A DNA stretch of 53,642 bases, from positions 1-53,642 of the forward strand of contig CAAGQX010000071.1 of assembly GCA_900772235.1 (NCBI GenBank). Reading direction: 5' to 3'. The notes beneath the pieces are model-generated. The model was given only the letters and a program-made list of their open reading frames with translations, was not told the origin of the DNA and did not search any database. This DNA comes from Clostridia bacterium. GTDB lineage: Bacteria; Bacillota; Clostridia; TANB77; CAG-508. The position numbers and the translations under genes are program-made. This document shows, in pieces, positions 29,487 to 38,257 of this stretch. Each line of letters opens with the position of its first letter. Within the stretch, counting starts at the first letter, position 1.

Positions 29487-30590
29487 ATGATTAAAGTAAT
29501 GACTGTTTTTGGAACAAGGCCAGAAGCCATAAAAATGGCTCCCCTTGTTAAAGAATTAAAAACTAGGAAAGAAATTGAGTGTATTGTTTGTGTTACTGCA
29601 CAACACAGACAAATGTTAGATCAAGTATTAGAAGTATTTGATATTAAACCAGATTATGATTTAGACATAATGAAACAAGGACAAACTTTAAGTGATATTA
29701 CTAGTAGAGCCTTAACTGGTTTAGAAGAAATAATAAAAAAAGAAAAACCAAATATTGTGTTAGTACATGGAGACACCACAACCACTTTTGCAGGAGCACT
29801 TGCAGCTTTTTATTCTCAAGTAGATATTGGACATGTTGAAGCAGGTCTTAGAACTTGGAATAAGTATTCTCCTTATCCTGAAGAAATGAACAGGCAAATG
29901 GTTGGAGTATTAGCAGATATGCATTTTGCACCAACTGAAAATAGTAAAAATAGTTTATTAAAAGAAGGAAAAAAGGAAGAAAATATTTTTGTTACTGGCA
30001 ACACTGCTATTGATGCACTTGCAACAACTGTAAAATTTGACTATAAACATCCAATTTTTGATTGGGTTGGAAACGATAGATTAATTCTTCTTACAGCTCA
30101 TAGAAGAGAAAACCTAGGTGAACCTATGCGTCATATGTTTAGAGCTATTAAAAGAATTGTTGATGAATTTTTAGATGTAAAAGTTGTATATCCAGTACAT
30201 TTAAACCCTCGTGTTAGAGAAGTTGCAGATGAAATTCTTGGAAATTGTGATAGAGTAAAATTAATCGAACCTTTAGAAGTAATTGATTTTCATAATTTTA
30301 TTGCTAAATCTCACATTATATTAACAGATAGTGGAGGAATCCAAGAAGAAGCTCCATCTCTCGGAAAGCCAGTTTTAGTTTTAAGAGATACTACTGAAAG
30401 GCCAGAAGGAATAAAAGCTGGAACATTAAAACTAGTTGGAACAAATGAAGAAGTTATCTATTCAGAAACTAAAAAATTATTAACAGATAAAAATGAATAC
30501 AATAAAATGAGTAAGGCTTCTAACCCTTATGGTGATGGAAAAGCAAGTATTAGAATTGTAGATGAAATAATAAAAAGATATAATAACTAA
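29487..30590 (+). CDS. wecB: UDP-N-acetylglucosamine 2-epimerase (non-hydrolysing)
   Basis: VFGTRPEAIKMAP, HVEAGLRT, DSGGIQEEAPSLGKPVLVLRDTTERPE. Confidence 0.9.
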   Translation: MIKVMTVFGTRPEAIKMAPLVKELKTRKEIECIVCVTAQHRQMLDQVLEVFDIKPDYDLDIMKQGQTLSDITSRALTGLEEIIKKEKPNIVLVHGDTTTTFAGALAAFYSQVDIGHVEAGLRTWNKYSPYPEEMNRQMVGVLADMHFAPTENSKNSLLKEGKKEENIFVTGNTAIDALATTVKFDYKHPIFDWVGNDRLILLTAHRRENLGEPMRHMFRAIKRIVDEFLDVKVVYPVHLNPRVREVADEILGNCDRVKLIEPLEVIDFHNFIAKSHIILTDSGGIQEEAPSLGKPVLVLRDTTERPEGIKAGTLKLVGTNEEVIYSETKKLLTDKNEYNKMSKASNPYGDGKASIRIVDEIIKRYNN

Positions 30591-30600
30591 AGGAGTTTTT

Positions 30601-31026
30601 ATGGAAAAAATATTAAATTTATATAAAAAATACAAAGAAATAATTAATTATTTAATAGTTGGCGTATTAACCACTGTCATTTCACTATTAGTTTATTACA
30701 TATGTGTTTATACATTTTTAAACCCAAATAATAAATTAGAATTACAAATTGCCAATGTCTTATCTTGGATAGCAGGTGTTACATTTGCATATTTTACTAA
30801 CAGAAAATATGTATTTGAAAGTACTAACAAAAATAAGCTAAAAGAAGCAACTAGCTTTGTTTCATCTCGTATAACAACTCTTCTTTTAGATATGCTAATT
30901 ATGTGGTTAGGTGTAACCGTTCTTAAATTTAATGATAAAATAGTAAAATTAATTTCTCAGGTACTAGTAATTGTTGGAAATTATGTTTTAAGTAAATTAT
31001 TTGTATTTAAAAAAGCGGATAAATAA
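30601..31026 (+). CDS. GtrA family protein
   Basis: 141 aa, 4 TM helices, GtrA-like N-terminus, YVFE.. motif. Confidence 0.8.
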   Translation: MEKILNLYKKYKEIINYLIVGVLTTVISLLVYYICVYTFLNPNNKLELQIANVLSWIAGVTFAYFTNRKYVFESTNKNKLKEATSFVSSRITTLLLDMLIMWLGVTVLKFNDKIVKLISQVLVIVGNYVLSKLFVFKKADK

Positions 31027-31040
31027 TATCCGCCTTTTTT
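31015..31040. terminator. bidirectional rho-independent terminator (gtrA / SASP gene)
   Basis: AAAAA-GCGGATA-loop-TATCCGC-CTTTTTT between convergent genes. Confidence 0.8.
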
Positions 31041-31041
31041 G

Positions 31042-31206
31042 TTATACTTTTCTATTTGCTATTTCTATTGCTTTTGATACCATACTTCCACAATCTTTTG
31101 ATGAAACATTTCCCCATCCACCATCTTGTTTTACTTTTTCATATACTCCTAACTCTCTTGCTATTTCTTCTTTTAAATTTTCAGACATTAATTTTTTATT
31201 TGTCAT
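31042..31206 (-). CDS. small acid-soluble spore protein, alpha/beta type (54 aa)
   Basis: Hand-translated MTNKKLMSENLKEEIARELGVYEKVKQDGGWGNVSSKDCGSMVSKAIEIANRKV; AAGGAGG RBS; resembles the SASP EIA.E.G....G..SS..CG..V core; absent from the ORF track (<60 aa). Confidence 0.75.
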   Translation of the reverse strand: MTNKKLMSENLKEEIARELGVYEKVKQDGGWGNVSSKDCGSMVSKAIEIANRKV

Positions 31207-31379
31207 AATAAAAATCCTCCTTTAGAAAAATAAATTTTTATTTTTCTAATATTATTATTTGTAATTTTTTAATTTTTATTTTGACAATTTTTGACTTTTT
31301 ATATATTTAAAATTTTTTCCATTTATTGTAATTTCTCTTTTTCCCTGTTATAATAGTTTACAAGAAAGGAGTTGAGTTT

Positions 31380-31676
31380 ATGTCTGATGCACAAATTCAA
31401 GCAATAAAAGATGTTATGAAAATGACACCAAAGCTAAATATGGATTGCTTAAATTCTGTTAAAATTCTAATGGAAAAAGCCATTGACTCAGAACTACTCA
31501 GGTTAGAGCCTACAATTCTATTAGATAATATGGATATTACAGAAAAAGTAATGTATTTAGATTATTTAACAGAAAGTTCAGACACAAAAGAAAAAGAACT
31601 ACAAAATTCTCTATCTTTTGAAGAAATTCTTAAAAAGGAGGGATTAAGTTTTGATGATTTACAAAATAAAAATTAG
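31380..31676 (+). CDS. putative antitoxin (acidic, 98 aa) of a RelE/ParE pair
   Basis: Precedes and overlaps the toxin ORF; no family recognised from sequence. Confidence 0.45.
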   Translation: MSDAQIQAIKDVMKMTPKLNMDCLNSVKILMEKAIDSELLRLEPTILLDNMDITEKVMYLDYLTESSDTKEKELQNSLSFEEILKKEGLSFDDLQNKN

Positions 31677-31899
31677 ACCAAAAGCCCTCAAATTTATTGA
31701 AAAACAAGATAAATATCAAAAATTAAGAATTTATCAAGCTATTTACAACCTGCCAAATGGTAATGTAAAAAAGTTAGCAGGTTGTAAAAATGATTTTAGG
31801 CTTCGTGTTGGCAATTATAGAATTATTTATCAAATAAATAATGAAGAATTAATTATTTTAATTACCAAAGCCGACACTCGTGGTCAAATCTACAAGTAA
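31654..31899 (+). CDS. type II toxin, RelE/ParE family
   Basis: ~80 aa, KALKFI...L....P......KL.G..N.FRLRVGNYRIIY.I.......I..I..R...Y pattern. Confidence 0.7.
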   Translation: MIYKIKIRPKALKFIEKQDKYQKLRIYQAIYNLPNGNVKKLAGCKNDFRLRVGNYRIIYQINNEELIILITKADTRGQIYK

Positions 31900-31905
31900 T
31901 TTTTT

Positions 31906-33279
31906 CTATTGTGTTAAAATCCCATTTGGAGTATCTATTATTACAAGAATATTTTCTTCTGCTCCAGTTTCCGCATTTATATAAACTAAGAAATCTGTAT
32001 CATTAACTTTTCCCTTAAACTCATAGCAAAATAGTTCTGTTCTCCATTCTGTTGGAATTATTGCAAGTCCTGAACTAGTTATTTCCAAATTTTTATTTAA
32101 TTTTTTTCTTGCTTCTTGTTCAGATATTTTTACTTGTGGAATATTTCTTACTTCGTGATTATTTAAATACCCTGTTGTTTCCATACCCAATATTTCGCCA
32201 TTATCTAAAGCAATTTTTACTTTAACTAAATCTGGATATATTACTACTCCATCTTGTTGATACGCATAATTTACTGTAACTGCTCCGCCTTGTTTTAGAT
32301 AATATGTTGCTTTCATATTTTCTATTCCTCTTGAACTTAAGAAATCCTGTCCTATTTTATTTGCTTCTTCTTGTGATATTTTTTCTTCTACCACTTGCCT
32401 ATTATAATTCATTAAAACTATATGCCCACCTATTTTTGATATTGCAATATTTAAAGGATTATTATCATCTCCATCTTTTATTTTAATTGCAAATTCATAT
32501 ACAACAATATTTCCATTTTCAATTAAACCATTTGAATTAATTTCTTCAATTCTATCTTCTGAAACAAATTCTTTTGCTATTTTTTTAGCTTCTTCTTCCG
32601 AAATTTCATCTCCTACAAGGCCTTTTTTCTCTGCATTTTCAATATGTTCTGAATATGCGCCATCATAAATTAATCCTTCATATTCACCAAAATTTTCATC
32701 TAAATTACTAAAACTTGTTGCGGACAGATTATCTACTTGTTGTGCAAATGCTGTATTGGCATCTTTGGTTAATTCCTTCCAACTAATTGAGTTATTTCCC
32801 ATATCATTTAATAATTGATTTAAAGTTGATTTTAAATCTTTGCTATAATTATATAATTCTTCTAAATTGTTCATTTCTTCTTCAGTTATATCTTTTTTAT
32901 TAATACATTTTGTTCCCAAAGAATAACTGTATTCACTTACTTGATTTAAAAATTTAGAAGTATTTGAAAGCTCATTACTAGAAATTGGTAGTTGTGCCAA
33001 ATAAACCTGTGCTAAATTAGCTTCTCTCCATACGTGCATTAAGGTTTTTGCTCCATTTTCTGCTGAACTTGAAATAATTGATTTTGCTAAATAATTTTCA
33101 ACATCATCCATATAATCTACTAATTCATAAAAAGCTAAATTATATTGATTTTCTGCCATTATAGTATATTCTTTTTTTTGTTTGTTTAATAATACTACTA
33201 AAGAAATAACTGCTATAATTAAAATAATTAAAATTCCATAAATATAATTCTTTTTTAAATTATCCCAAAAATTTTTCAT
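31906..33279 (-). CDS. ypeB: germination protein YpeB
   Basis: N-terminal TM helix, YpeB N-domain, C-terminal PepSY repeats; directly downstream of sleB. Confidence 0.8.
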   Translation of the reverse strand: MKNFWDNLKKNYIYGILIILIIAVISLVVLLNKQKKEYTIMAENQYNLAFYELVDYMDDVENYLAKSIISSSAENGAKTLMHVWREANLAQVYLAQLPISSNELSNTSKFLNQVSEYSYSLGTKCINKKDITEEEMNNLEELYNYSKDLKSTLNQLLNDMGNNSISWKELTKDANTAFAQQVDNLSATSFSNLDENFGEYEGLIYDGAYSEHIENAEKKGLVGDEISEEEAKKIAKEFVSEDRIEEINSNGLIENGNIVVYEFAIKIKDGDDNNPLNIAISKIGGHIVLMNYNRQVVEEKISQEEANKIGQDFLSSRGIENMKATYYLKQGGAVTVNYAYQQDGVVIYPDLVKVKIALDNGEILGMETTGYLNNHEVRNIPQVKISEQEARKKLNKNLEITSSGLAIIPTEWRTELFCYEFKGKVNDTDFLVYINAETGAEENILVIIDTPNGILTQ

Positions 33280-33298
33280 AATAAAATCCTTTCACTTT

Positions 33299-33764
33299 TT
33301 ATTTACAAAAATGGTGTTTTCCTATTGTTTTTACTATTGTTTTAGACCAAATCCATTTATTTGTTGCTGTATTTGGGTTAAAATAATAAACACATCCGAT
33401 TAGTTGGATCCCATCCATTTAGTGCATCTTGCGCTGCTTTAAATACAGTTGAACTTTCATCTATTGGATGATTTATTTGTCCATCTGAAACTGCTGTAAA
33501 TGCGCCTGGTTCATATATTACCCCTGCAATGGTATTGGGAAAATCTGCGTGTTTTACCCTATTTAGTATAACTGCTCCAACAGCAACTTGTCCTTCATAA
33601 CTTTCCCCTCTTGCTTCTCCATTTATTGCTCTTGCTAATAATTGTAAATCTGAAGTTTGTCCTCCCCCAGATTCCGCTAAACTTATATTTTTATTATTTT
33701 TTAAACATAATAAAATAAAAAAAATAAATAAAAAAATTAATAATATTTTAAAAAATTTCTTCAT
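33299..33764 (-). CDS. sleB: spore cortex-lytic enzyme SleB/CwlJ-family hydrolase; needs a +1 shift at CGG 33398-33396
   Basis: LLARAINGEARGE..EGQVAVGAVILNR catalytic-domain motifs; ...GWDPTN|GCVYYFNPNTATNKWIWSKTIVKTIGKHHFCK restored in the +1 frame; stop TAA 33301-33299 lies 20 nt before the ypeB ATG. Confidence 0.8.
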
Positions 33765-33901
33765 AATAATTTATTTTTGCTATTTTTTCTTAAAATATAC
33801 ATTTATTGAAAATTTATGGTATAATGATTAAAATTAAACAAAAAATTAACCCTTAACTTAAATATAAAAGATTTTAATAATGAAATCTATGAAAAATGTA
33901 G

Positions 33902-33920
33902 GGGCGATTTTAATCGCCCG
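33902..33920 (+). repeat. GC-rich hairpin GGGCGAT-TTTA-ATCGCCC(G), copy 1
   Basis: 19-nt string identical to the reverse complement of 38447..38465. Confidence 0.6.
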
Positions 33921-33964
33921 CACTTCGAAGAAATTACTAAAAAAGAACATTATAGGAGGATTAT

Positions 33965-35101
33965 ATGAAAAAAATTTTAATTTTTTATGGTTCTTATGGT
34001 GGTGGGCATTTATCTGCTGCAAGAAGTATTAAAGATTATATTGAAAATAATTATTCCGACACCGAAATTTTAATGGTAGATTGTATGGAATATATTAGTA
34101 AAACAATAAATAAAGTTACTACAAAAGCTTATGCAGATATGGCTAAAAACGCAAAATGGGCTTGGGGAAAAATTTATTACGCATCTAGTAAAGGTCCTAT
34201 TTTAAAAATAACTAGTGATGCTCAAAAACTATTAGCTTTCAAGTTAAAAAAATTATTTCAAGAATTTAATCCAGATTTAATAATATCAACACACCCTTTT
34301 AGTAGCCAGATGTGTGCATATTTAAAAAATAAACACAAGATTTCAGTGAAAATTGCAACTATACTCACAGATTATGCACCACATGTGCAATGGTTTATGT
34401 ACCCAGACCAAGTAAATTACTTTTTTGTTGCTCACGAAGGGATGAAAAAAGCATTAATAAGTGAAGGAATATCGGAAAATAAAATATTTGCAACAGGAAT
34501 TCCTTTATCTAATAGATTTTTGCTTCATTATAATAAGGAACAAATATTATCTGAATTTAATTTATCACCAGATAAAAAAACTATTCTTTTCTTCGCTGGT
34601 GGAGAATATGGATTTGGAAAAGATAGAACTTTTGATATTTTAAAAACTTTAATAAATTCTTTCCCTAGTTTGCAAATTATTGCAATTGCAGGAAGAAATA
34701 AAAAAATGAAGGAGAATTTTGAAGAATTAGTAGAAGAAACAAATTCTTCTGAAACTGTAAAAGTTTTGCCATATACTAATAAAGTTCCAGAACTTATGAG
34801 CGCTGCAGATTTAGTAATTACTAAGCCTGGTGGTTTAACTACCACTGAAAGTTTAGCTTCTGGGTTACCTATAATTGTTATAAACCCAATTCCTGGGCAA
34901 GAAGAAGAAAACGCCGAATTTTTAGAAGAACACAATGTAGGAATATGGCTAAAGAAAAATGATAATATTGAAGAAAAGCTTTTTGATATATTTAATAATA
35001 GTGAAGTATTGCAAAAAATGAAAGTAAATGCAAGGCTTCTTGCCAAAAAGAATTCAACTGCAGATATTTGTAAAATCTTATTAGATGATAAAAATGAATA
35101 A
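33965..35101 (+). CDS. MGDG-synthase-family glycosyltransferase (UgtP-like diacylglycerol glycosyltransferase)
   Basis: KILIFYGSYGGGH N-terminus, GT28 C-terminal domain (ITKPGGLTTTESL). Confidence 0.8.
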   Translation: MKKILIFYGSYGGGHLSAARSIKDYIENNYSDTEILMVDCMEYISKTINKVTTKAYADMAKNAKWAWGKIYYASSKGPILKITSDAQKLLAFKLKKLFQEFNPDLIISTHPFSSQMCAYLKNKHKISVKIATILTDYAPHVQWFMYPDQVNYFFVAHEGMKKALISEGISENKIFATGIPLSNRFLLHYNKEQILSEFNLSPDKKTILFFAGGEYGFGKDRTFDILKTLINSFPSLQIIAIAGRNKKMKENFEELVEETNSSETVKVLPYTNKVPELMSAADLVITKPGGLTTTESLASGLPIIVINPIPGQEEENAEFLEEHNVGIWLKKNDNIEEKLFDIFNNSEVLQKMKVNARLLAKKNSTADICKILLDDKNE

Positions 35102-35110
35102 GCTATAAAA

Positions 35111-35143
35111 AACCTCATATATTTTATTATATGAGGTTTTTAT
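35111..35143 (+). terminator. rho-independent terminator
   Basis: AACCTCATAT / ATATGAGGTT stem followed by a T-tract. Confidence 0.8.
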
Positions 35144-35146
35144 ATT

Positions 35147-35305
35147 ATGTGTATTTCAGATTTTTCTCCTTGTGAATTAGTAACTCTTGCAAGTACTTTA
35201 GCTATTGCTATATCAAATCAATTTTCAAATGATGATGTAATTCTTTTAGCTGCATTTTTTACTGCACTAGGAGATAATTTAGCTTTGCTTTCAATAGGAA
35301 AATAA
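35147..35305 (+). CDS. small hypothetical protein (52 aa)
   Basis: Hand-translated MCISDFSPCELVTLASTLAIAISNQFSNDDVILLAAFFTALGDNLALLSIGK; bracketed by two terminators. Confidence 0.4.
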   Translation: MCISDFSPCELVTLASTLAIAISNQFSNDDVILLAAFFTALGDNLALLSIGK

Positions 35306-35313
35306 AAAAGAAA

Positions 35314-35337
35314 TGCGAACTGAACTCACAGTTCGCA
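35314..35337. terminator. bidirectional terminator hairpin
   Basis: TGCGAACTG-AACTCA-CAGTTCGCA between convergent genes. Confidence 0.65.
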
Positions 35338-35359
35338 CTTCCTTTTGTGCCTTCACATC

Positions 35360-35626
35360 TCAATAAATATGTGGAAGCTCTTGGAGAAAACTCATAGCCT
35401 CCATGTCATTTCTAAAAATCATAGACATATAGATTTGGTTTTCTGCCAGCTTATCTCCTTGTTGTGAGAGCAAATGCGCTCCTTCTTTCTGGGCTATTTT
35501 TGCAATATGCACAACCATACCTACTGCAACTCCAATGATCTCGCTGGTTGTAGTAATTGCAACAATTTCAACTAATGGCATACTAGGATTTTTTCTGCCT
35601 TTGATTTCTATCGAAATATTCGGCAT
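35360..35626 (-). CDS. hypothetical protein (88 aa)
   Basis: ATG 35626 preceded by GAAGGAGGG RBS; visibly higher GC than its surroundings; no family recognised. Confidence 0.5.
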   Translation of the reverse strand: MPNISIEIKGRKNPSMPLVEIVAITTTSEIIGVAVGMVVHIAKIAQKEGAHLLSQQGDKLAENQIYMSMIFRNDMEAMSFLQELPHIY

Positions 35627-35704
35627 AAAAGCCAATCCCTCCTTCAAATTTTTTTGCACTATTATTATACACTATTTTTTTAGTTTTTGCAAATTATGTA
35701 ACTC

Positions 35705-36304
35705 TTAAAGCTCTCTTCTTCCTTCTAATGCCTGGCTCAGGGTAACTTCATCTGTATATTCCAAATCTCCACCCACAGGAATTCCTTGTGCAATTCTTGT
35801 TACTTTTACTCCTAGCGGTTTTATTATTTTTGATAAGTATATTGCTGTTGCTTCTCCTTCTACTCTTGGATTTGTTGCAAGAATTATTTCTTTAACATCA
35901 TTTTCAGCAATTCTAGTAAGTAATTCTTTTATTTTAATGTCATCTGGTCCTATTCCATTCATAGGAGAAATAGAACCGTGTAACACGTGGTACACGCCTT
36001 TAAATTCATGTGTTCTTTCCATTGCAATTACATCTCTTACATCTTCCACAACACAAATAATGCTACTATCCCTTTTAGGACTGCTACAAATTGGACAAGG
36101 ATCTGTATCTGAAATGTTAAAGCACTTAGAACAATATTTTAAATTTTTCTTTGCTTCTAATATAGAATTTATAAATTCTTCTGTCTTTTCCTGGTCCAAA
36201 TCCAACATATGAAAAGCCAATCTTATTGCAGTTTTATGACCTATACTTGGTAATTTTTCAAAACTTTCTATTAATTTTTCTATTGATGGCGAATAGTACG
36301 ACAT
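35705..36304 (-). CDS. recR: recombination protein RecR
   Basis: LPSIG.KTA.RLAFH, C4 zinc finger CSKC...CPIC, Toprim domain. Confidence 0.95.
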   Translation of the reverse strand: MSYYSPSIEKLIESFEKLPSIGHKTAIRLAFHMLDLDQEKTEEFINSILEAKKNLKYCSKCFNISDTDPCPICSSPKRDSSIICVVEDVRDVIAMERTHEFKGVYHVLHGSISPMNGIGPDDIKIKELLTRIAENDVKEIILATNPRVEGEATAIYLSKIIKPLGVKVTRIAQGIPVGGDLEYTDEVTLSQALEGRREL

Positions 36305-36312
36305 ATTTTCAC

Positions 36313-36657
36313 CTACATTAATCCTGGTATATTATATTTTCCAAGTGAAGCTGCTTGTGCTTCGTCCACTTGCCTTAATGCCTCATTTACACAAGTCATT
36401 ATAAGGTCTTCTAGCATTTCTACATCATCTGGATCTACAACATCTTTATTTATTTTTATTTCTTTAATTTGTTTTGTACCTAAAACTTTTACTGTAATTG
36501 CTCCACCACCTGTACTAGCTTCGAATTCTTTTGCTTGTAATTCTCCTTGTGATTTTTCCATATCTGCTTGCATTTTTTTAGCTTCTTTCATTAATTGGTT
36601 GATGTTCATTCCACCAAATCCTCCACCCATTCCTGGGAATCCTCCTCTTTTAGACAT
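36313..36657 (-). CDS. ybaB: nucleoid-associated protein YbaB/EbfC
   Basis: [14 protein letters not shown]...Q.EL; dnaX-ybaB-recR synteny. Confidence 0.9.
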   Translation of the reverse strand: MSKRGGFPGMGGGFGGMNINQLMKEAKKMQADMEKSQGELQAKEFEASTGGGAITVKVLGTKQIKEIKINKDVVDPDDVEMLEDLIMTCVNEALRQVDEAQAASLGKYNIPGLM

Positions 36658-36669
36658 ACAAATTCCTCC

Positions 36670-38235
36670 TTATTCGTCTATAATATTTATTGGTATATTT
36701 AGCTTTCCAGCTAAATTCTGTAAATTATTTCCTTCTTTTTTTATATTTTCTTCCCCACTATCTCCAGATAAGAACTTAATCCTCATAGTGTTTCCAGCTT
36801 CCATAGAAATTAAATTTTCTATTAAAGTTTTATTTTCATATTCATTAAGAACTTTTTTTGCAAATTCAGATAATTTACTTGGAAATTCTATTCCTATAGT
36901 CATATCATCTAGTTGTTTTGCTCTAGTTCCAATTAAATTTGTGTATATCATTATTTTTCCTTTTGCCTTAATTTTATCTAAAATCTCATTCCAGTATGGT
37001 ACATATGAACCAGAATTTTTAACTGAGTTACTTGCTACTTTTTTATTTTCTTTGTTTTGCTCTGGAAGTTTTACTTCTTCCATCTTTTTGGTTACAGTAT
37101 TTTCTGTTTTTTTAGGTATTTTACTTTCTAAAGGTTCGTTTTCTGTTTTCCAACTTCTAATATCTAAGCATTCTTTTATTATACCTGTTTCGAATATAAT
37201 ATTTTTTTGTGTAGACCACTTCATTGTATTTGCCAGTTCAGATAAATCGTATATTATTTTTAGTAGTCTTTCTTTTTCTATGTCTTTTGATATTTGCTCT
37301 ATATATTCCAGCTCTTCTTTGCTATATAGCTCTAGTTTTTTAGTTGATTTATATACTAAAATATCTTTAACATATTTTATGACTTCCCACAAAAAATTGT
37401 CTAAGTCTTTTCCCTCTTCTATTATTTCATTTATTTCCTCTATTGCTTTTTCTGGATTTTTTTCTAGAATTTGAGTTACTAAATTTCTAATATAAGTTAA
37501 TTTAGGAATTCCAACTAGTTCTCTTATTTGGTCTTCATCTATAGTTTCACATTCATCTTGGGCACATCTTTCTAGAATACTTATTGCATCTCTTAATGCG
37601 CCTTCAGAAAGCACAGCGATCATTCTTAATGCTTCATCTGTTATGTTAATATTGCTTTCTTTACAAATTATTTCTAATCTTTTAATAATATCTTCTACAG
37701 AAATTCTCTTAAAATCAAATCTTTGACATCTCGAGAGTATTGTTGCTGGTAATTTCTGTGGTTCTGTTGTTGCTAAAATAAATTTTACGTGTTCTGGTGG
37801 TTCTTCTAATGTTTTTAATAAAGCGTTAAATGCTCCTGTAGATAACATATGAACCTCATCTATTATATATACTCTATATTTTGCAACTGTTGGTAAAAAA
37901 TTTACCTCATCTCTTATTACTCTAATGTCCTCTACACTATTGTTAGATGCTGCATCCATTTCCACTACATCAGTAAGTGAACCTGCAAGCATTGCTTTGC
38001 ATACTTCACATTCGTTACAAGGCTCTCCGTCTTGAGGATTCAAGCAATTTACGGCTCTTGCCATAATTTTTGCAGCAGATGTTTTTCCTGTACCTCTACC
38101 ACCATTAAAAAGATATGCGTGTCCAACTCTATTTGACATTATTTGGTTTCTTAATGTTCTGGTAATATGTTCTTGCCCTACCATTTCAGAAAATTTTAAT
38201 GGTCTAAATTTTCTATATAAAGCTGTATATGCCAC
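36670..38235 (-). CDS. dnaX: DNA polymerase III subunit gamma/tau
   Basis: YRKFRP..F.E.VGQEH, GGRGTGKTS, zinc module CNECEVC, SRCQRFDF. GTG 38235 preceded by a GGGGG RBS; the longer ORF to 38301 would overlap the SRP RNA. Confidence 0.9.
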   Translation of the reverse strand: MAYTALYRKFRPLKFSEMVGQEHITRTLRNQIMSNRVGHAYLFNGGRGTGKTSAAKIMARAVNCLNPQDGEPCNECEVCKAMLAGSLTDVVEMDAASNNSVEDIRVIRDEVNFLPTVAKYRVYIIDEVHMLSTGAFNALLKTLEEPPEHVKFILATTEPQKLPATILSRCQRFDFKRISVEDIIKRLEIICKESNINITDEALRMIAVLSEGALRDAISILERCAQDECETIDEDQIRELVGIPKLTYIRNLVTQILEKNPEKAIEEINEIIEEGKDLDNFLWEVIKYVKDILVYKSTKKLELYSKEELEYIEQISKDIEKERLLKIIYDLSELANTMKWSTQKNIIFETGIIKECLDIRSWKTENEPLESKIPKKTENTVTKKMEEVKLPEQNKENKKVASNSVKNSGSYVPYWNEILDKIKAKGKIMIYTNLIGTRAKQLDDMTIGIEFPSKLSEFAKKVLNEYENKTLIENLISMEAGNTMRIKFLSGDSGEENIKKEGNNLQNLAGKLNIPINIIDE

Positions 38236-38257
38236 TTTTTTACCCCCATTATAAATT

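Noticed and set aside
31001-31225. 74-aa + strand ORF
   Set aside because: It runs through the gtrA terminator. The opposite strand encodes a convincing SASP with a strong RBS.
33880-34060. ORF starting at ATG ~33881 that reads through the GC-rich hairpin (MKSMKNVGAILIARTSKK...)
   Set aside because: It is out of frame with and overlaps the well-supported ugtP-like gene, has no RBS, and its tail is implausible (W/F/C-rich).
36599-37474. 291-aa ORF on the + strand
   Set aside because: It lies entirely antisense to dnaX. Its composition (F/S/I/L-rich) is the typical shadow of an A-rich coding strand, and it has no RBS.
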